Shown in pieces: positions 57,801 to 64,000 of a stretch of DNA of 64,000 nt. Origin of the DNA: Oikopleura dioica (lineage: Eukaryota; Animalia; Chordata); contig OU015566.1 in NCBI GenBank assembly GCA_907165135.1, positions 7,626,001 to 7,690,000 of the forward strand. The letters run 5' to 3'. A program made the position numbers and the translations under genes. Below the pieces are notes generated by a model. It was not told the origin of the DNA and made no database searches. It worked only from the letters and a program-made list of their open reading frames with translations. Positions within the stretch are counted from its first letter, which is position 1. Each line of letters opens with the position of its first letter.

Positions 57801-60800
57801 CGGTTTAGGGCTGCAAATTCTAATCGGATTCCGGTTAGTTTCACTTTGGAGCCAGGCCCAAGCCAAGAATCTTATTTCCGGTTAATCAAATTTCCACAAT
57901 TGAACGATTTCCCCGGGAAAAACCAGAGTTTAGCAAAGGTAACATTATTTACAGTAGAGCCTCTGTACATTTGTGAATCGAATTAAGAAGAATAAACAGA
58001 TTCTTACTGTTCCTGAAAAGCCTCATCAAATCTGTAGGACATTTTGAAGCAGAGTCGACTGAGCTTTTGTTAATTTTTGGATGATGAACAAATAATCACC
58101 AATTTATAAACAATATAATAAGACAAACTCGCGAGTCAACTCGTAAATCAATCATTCGCCTAATTTAAATATTCCATCATAAGCTTGTTATTGCACGTTT
58201 TGCCCAATCATCAACCCCTATCTCTAAAAAAGGGATAGGCTTGGCTTCTATCTTCATGTTAAACTTGCAATTATCAATTTTTGGCGCAGCTGGTCAACTG
58301 ATGAACAAAACTCGCCGTGGAAGCCATTGTAGAAAAGTGGCCTGATAGCGATTTGCCATGGCAATGGAAAAAAACGAATCTACGGCTTTAGAAAAAGGAT
58401 TGTAAAACATTCAAAGAAGGATTCAATAAAGACAGATTTTCTTGACGATTAGATCAGGGCTTGGCGAGCTGTGTTGAAAACCTGACGTGGTAAGGGCTCA
58501 TTCTTCAGATTGGCTGAAAAAATATGACGAAGTTGCTGAACTTGAACCAACCCTATCTGTTTTGTGTATGGACTAAGGGGCAGTGTAATCGGGAATTATG
58601 AGATGGTATTACCATTATCGCTATTTACGTAAAACAAGCTTGTAAAGAAACGATTAGCGGATCCATTAGACAGTTTGTTTCCTAGTGCTTATTCATTTTA
58701 AAGTTTTTAAAAGGCGCCAAACAGTAAATGAGCTTTTCTAGGAATAATCTCTTTCGAGCACTTTTAAATCAAATGCTATAACTAACTAGCTAACCCACTT
58801 AAAACCGTAGAAAATGAAATTAACTGCTGATGGGCGCAAAAAAATGAAAAAATTAACAGAAATCAAGTGTTCTAATCAAACGCGCGTTGAGAGCCCAATT
58901 TTCACGTATAAATACGAGCCGAGAGACTTTTTCGATTTTTTATTTTTCGTTTCGTAATTTAGTAAAATAATGGAGCCAGTAATTTTTACGAGAGCTAGAA
59001 ATTAAGCTACTTAGAGGCTTCTCTCGCACTTTGGTGCAATAACACAATTGACGGCGGATAATTTCTTTTTTCCCAGTACGTTTTTGCCAAGAAATCATTT
59101 TCAACTCCAAATTTGAGGGATTTTATTTTTGCGAAAGAGACTTTCACCATTTCTTTCTCAAAAAATATGAAAAATTTTTTTGTTTTGCATTTTGTCTGTT
59201 GATGTTGGTAGAGAAGGAATTTAAAATATGAAACAATCAATTTCATTTCAACAAAATTGATTGCTTGTTCTTCTTATTTTTTGTTTCATTTCAAAATATG
59301 ATAGAATTTCCGCCTATTTTTCCGGTTATATCCTCTCTTCCATCTGCAGAACAGCCTCTTGAGAACAGCTGGGCCGACTTTATAATAATTTATTTTGAAT
59401 CTCCCTTGATTATTATCTTTTTATCCTTGATTACCGCCAGCTTTTACCATCGAGACTCAATTAGAGATTACTTCCCGTTCTATTCATTTCCCCACATGGT
59501 CCTGACATTATATCCAAAATAGCGAACCATCTTCTCTCTCCCAGGAAAATGACTATTTTTCAATTTGATAATCTCGAGTTCAAAAATAAATGAAGCTAAA
59601 CAGATAACAATTAGTCCCTTGTTTTCCTTCCCTTTTTTTGTTTGATTGATGAATTTATCGCTTAGCTAAGATTTGGAACAAACGTGTGTTTCTTTCATAA
59701 TTAACGCAAAAAGCTTATTTTAGATAAAAACTCACCGGAAATCAATTAAAACATCAGAGCCCTAAAATACTCGCTGTGAGTATCGGCTCCACTGAAAAAC
59801 AGATTAACGTGTATAAGCATCATAATTCGTCAAAAATGTGCAAAATTAAGGACCACGCCCAGCTCTTTAACCTTTCATTTAGCACGGGGAATAATTATTT
59901 CACGCTTGTTTTTTGACGCAGTTTTGAAAACACTGATTGACTAGTATTTTGATCAATTTATTTCGAATTTGAAGCGACTCGGCTAGTTAAAATAACCTAA
60001 CCCTAGTCCCTTGCTTTATCTTTATGACCACAGAAACTGATGCTAAGTAGACCAAGTTAAAAGAAAGAATCAAAAAATGATCAGCAATCACCCTAATTGG
60101 CCATTGCACAATCTCATTATGTCACAGGACTGACACGTTCTAAAGCAATAAAGCGAAAATTAAAAAGCCCCCCTATTCCCTTATTCCTGTCAAGCCAGGA
60201 ACGACACTAACTCGCCACAGACTGAGCTGTCATTTGAATTTTGGTCTTGAAAATTGGGAAGCGAAGCATAATTTCATGAATATTTTTTGGTAACGGCCAA
60301 TTTAAACACTCGTCATACTGTGGCCAACCGAGTTAACCTTTAAAAATATTGGGGGCATGTCTAAAGAGATTTGTGGTCTGATGACCAAATTGCACATCAA
60401 TTAATTAATTGTTGTCTGTGAACTTAATTTGTTTAAATTGCCGAATAAAATGATTTTTACTTGAAAGATTTGCCATTCATTTTTTATCAGCAACTGATTG
60501 ATTCCAAGGGCAAATCATCTAATAAATTATATAGTTTATATGATGAGGCTTAAATGCCATTTTACCGGATAATTGTCTAAAAATATCGAGGGCTCCATAT
60601 CTGACTCCAAGAATAAGGGGCTCACTTTGTAAATAACTCGACTAAAAGCTTATTTTTTGAAGCGCAAGACTTTTGAGGCTGGATAAATTTGGACAATCTG
60701 AAAAGAATTTAAGCCGACTTTGCGTTTCTTATCAAGCGATATCCTTGCTTGGAAAAAGTGAGAATGCGATAATGAATATTAAATTAGAACACCCAAAATT

Positions 60801-61674
60801 TGTTAACCTGATGACAAAATAAAGCTGACGAAGATAAATAATAGCCCCATTTGTAATTACCCCTGGTGACTTTAATCGAATTCACGGGGCTTGCTCCTGG
60901 TGTTTTTCGAAAGACTAAAACGTGATAAATTGAATTTATTTGCGATTATCTTATCAGCAAGAGGAGGCTTGTTGCTTATTTTGAATCACAATATAGAATA
61001 GAATGGAACTTGGAAATGAGATAATTGATTTTTCATAATTGAGCTTTATTTTCAAATTCAAATCTTAATTGTGTCAATAGAAGATTCTGAAGTGACTTTC
61101 GGACGTTCGCAAGAATTTGAGGGAATTTTGTATTTCCGCTATTTTGGTGGTTCACGTCCAGATATTTTGTAAAGAGAGAAGTTTTGATTTGATTTCGTAA
61201 AGATTCATTCGATTTATTAGCGATCTTCCGTCACTGCTCTTCCGAGAACTCGGGCTATTTTTAGTTCCACTTCTGAAATTATCGAATATCGGCCTCTATT
61301 TATGACATAACTTGTAACTGTCAAATCTAGGTCTTACAGTATGTTTTTCTTGTTTCAAAAAGGCGTTACGAAGAATTTCAAAAATTCATGAAGAAAATGT
61401 CATGTTAATCGTCATCATTTATATAACTTTTGTTTTAAGCCTTGATTAAGGAGGTGGTGGTCGAGAATTATGAAATGATTTTAAATTTTCGGCTTTAATT
61501 TATAGTTATTCAATGAAATAACATATATTGACTAAACTCCTATTTGTATACGGACCTGATAGACTTGCTTTTACTTCAACCTCTCAATTATTGAAGGCAT
61601 TAATATTTTGATATAAAAATTAACAAATACTGAAGAACGGAGAGCGGACTACAGTTTATTTCATCAAAACCTCC

Positions 61675-62341
61675 TCATTTATTCGGTTCTTCTCGTTTTT
61701 TGTAGAGAATATCAAGGAAATTTTCTGGGATTGCACCTTTTTTTTCCTCGCCTGTTTTATGATCTCTCCTTAATTATAAAGTTTTCTCATAAAAATGCTA
61801 TGTGATTTAAGATAAGTTAAAAATTCTTACATTTTCGCATTGCACCATCCGTCTTCCAGGGGTTTTAGATCATAAAAGAACTGGAAGGGCTCAAAACTAA
61901 GCTCGTCATCGTTTGCCGCTTTATAGTTGAATCTTGCAACTCCAAATCGTTCCGTTTTTTCCAGTTTAAGAGTTTTTAATTCCTTTAAAATCGTTATTTT
62001 CGATTAACTTGTATATTTTATACATCAAACTGATCTGACATCTCGTTGATCTTAACTTGTTGCTCCTCAACTATTTTCTTCAAACTTGTATTTTCATCCT
62101 CAATTGCTATGAATCTTTTTGCGAGCTTATCAATTTCATGCTTCATTTCGTATGTGATCTTCATTGATTCAAGACGCGCGTCGATCATCGCGCTTACATC
62201 TACCCTGTTAAGACCTAATGAAGGATAAGTTAGCTTTAAATGACTGTAGCAGCACCACAAACCATTTTGAGGTTGGTCGGTTGTGAATGAACTGATTTCA
62301 GAAAATTCAATACTTGATATAGACGGAAGATCGTCAGCCAT
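61675..62341 (-). CDS. Small coiled-coil plus SH3 domain protein
   Basis: Spliced translation has a heptad region, then VARFNYKAANDDELSF...LEDGWCNAK|MRDHKTGEEKKGAIPENFLDIL, a complete SH3 signature split over exons. Confidence 0.8.
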
Positions 62342-64000
62342 TTTCTCTCTTTACAAAAAACTACTCGACGCGCCTGGGAGCCACAGTACGCGAGAATCTG
62401 TTTTTTTTATTTGATTTTTGGCTGAATACTACTGTTACGAGGTTTTGAGTCATAAAATCAAGAGTGAACGAACAAATTAAGAATACAAAGGAAAGTATTA
62501 TAATCTTTCAGTAATAGATAAGCAGAAAAATCATCAATCCTGATTCAGAATAATTTCATGAAATACCAATCATTCGATACATATCGATTGAAGAAAATAA
62601 CATTGTTGAAGTGTTTTATGTAGAAATCACATTTTATTCGAAGTGCATAAAAATCAATATTGAAATGATCGGTTTCTCTTAATTTATGATTAATAATAAG
62701 ATGGTCTACCCAGAAAATGTAGACGTAGCATCTCCAGATATTTATAAAATTATTGTCTAATAAACATTCCCACAAGTTGCATTACACTTGCAGATGTCAC
62801 GTGACAATGACATAAGTTCCAGAAGTTAACGGCGACTCTGGGCAAGATAGAAAAATGTGTATCAACTCTCTAAATAATAAATCTCTTGTTTCGTTCTATT
62901 CTATGCTTCTGATAAGATGCCGGAGTTCTCTGAAACTTGGACAATAGCCACGTGGAGAAGCTTTCATGAGATCATGTCTTTTATCGTGGTTGTCATTCAC
63001 TGATTCGTTTTTATGTCTGGCTTTTTAGATTATGAGAATTTTCAATAACTCTTGATAGATTTTTTATGGACATTTGTAATCAAAACGAAGTTATCAGCCG
63101 CAAACTCATCTTAAGTACTCAAGATTTTATTGTCAAGATTTCTGCTATGCTTGAACCACTTCATTTTTCGTTATTTACAAACTGATTATTCAACTATATT
63201 TAGTAGTCCATATATTTCCTTATTGAGAATATATCATTGTGTAATGCTGAATAGACTATGAATTCTATCCTTTCAAGTCGATTTAAATCAGACTAGACGC
63301 CCCAAGAATACAGGCTTATTTCTCTATCCCTTCTCTGATTTCCCTCTCAAACCGGCTTCTTAGACCCCCTTGTTCTCTTGCTGCTAATAAAATTACATCT
63401 GGAAAACTCTGTTTTTCGCCATGATAGGATTCGACCCTATCGTATCCGTACAAACATCAAATTGCAAAGTTTACCCAAAACAGTCTTTAAGTTCAAGGAA
63501 AAAATCCAACAGAAAGCAGTTAGACGAAGTTTATTTCTGATGAAAAAGTTTCTAGCCCCTTTATTTGGACAGGTTTGATTTGAAACAACTCCCAGAAAAA
63601 ATAAAATTTGAACGTTTTTCTTCAATTTTGCATCTTGCTCTTGAGATGTAGCGAGGAATATCCAAGTGGCTACTTAGGAAGGCTAACTGGTCGGATTCTT
63701 TTCATTAATATGGATTTTTCTGGATACCGCCGAGGAGCCGTAAGAATACGTGTTCGTTGCGCGACAAAGTGCTCGCCGTCAGCTTCAGGTGCATTAATTC
63801 AGACCAGCTAAGTAATTTCCGTAATTGCTCCTCTAATTCACACTTGACAGTGTCAACACTCAAATGCCTCAAGATGGGAAGGATTCAAGACGACTTCAAG
63901 TCCGGATCAAGAAGAAAGTCGAAGCAGATTGCGTCAAATAAACGACTCTGGCCTTTAGAAACAGGATTGATATTTACAAAAATTGAGCAAGAGCAATATT

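Noticed and set aside
58200-61400. Apparent gene desert or enhancer cluster, and hydrophobic ORF 59265-59522
   Set aside because: Scattered exon-like segments (about 58250-58560) mean the region may not be gene-free. No element could be delimited and the ORF may be an AT-rich artefact.
61675-62341. The SH3 gene as the displaced SH3 of AHI1
   Set aside because: It is on the opposite strand, 13 kb away, with its own start and coiled coil, and no sequence link is visible.
63600-64000. Coding-like sequence at the window end
   Set aside because: It has short frames on both strands, no recognisable motif, and is truncated by the window.

Overview
Eukaryotic genomic DNA from a very compact animal genome, most likely the larvacean tunicate Oikopleura dioica. 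That assignment is inference from about 40-60 nt introns, GC-AG introns, TTTCAG-type acceptors a few bases before start codons, intergenic spacers of about 60-330 nt, and chordate-type genes. The window holds about 25 host genes: a Kelch-like gene, a VAP-like gene, TRMT10, COG1, DNAJB6, GINS2, POC1, DNAJC2, PLA2G15/LCAT-like, ubinuclein, BRG1/brahma, TGN38-like, APEH, C14orf119-like, AHI1, and several orphans. It also holds two tRNA-Ala(AGC) genes arranged as an inverted pair inside an intron, and four DNA transposons. The standout is a 7.1 kb Mutator-like element (15847-22946; palindromic TIRs of about 116 bp; perfect 10 bp TSD) inserted inside a coding exon of DNAJC2. It encodes a MULE transposase with a downstream Ulp1-type protease domain and carries apparent host captures (an ISWI fragment, an intron-containing Aladin-like gene, an orphan ORF). 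Its two ends differ so that one carries a splice donor and the other, together with the TSD, forms an acceptor, so it may be removable as an intron. Gene identities come from recognising motifs in translations by eye; no database search was run, and exon boundaries were read manually.
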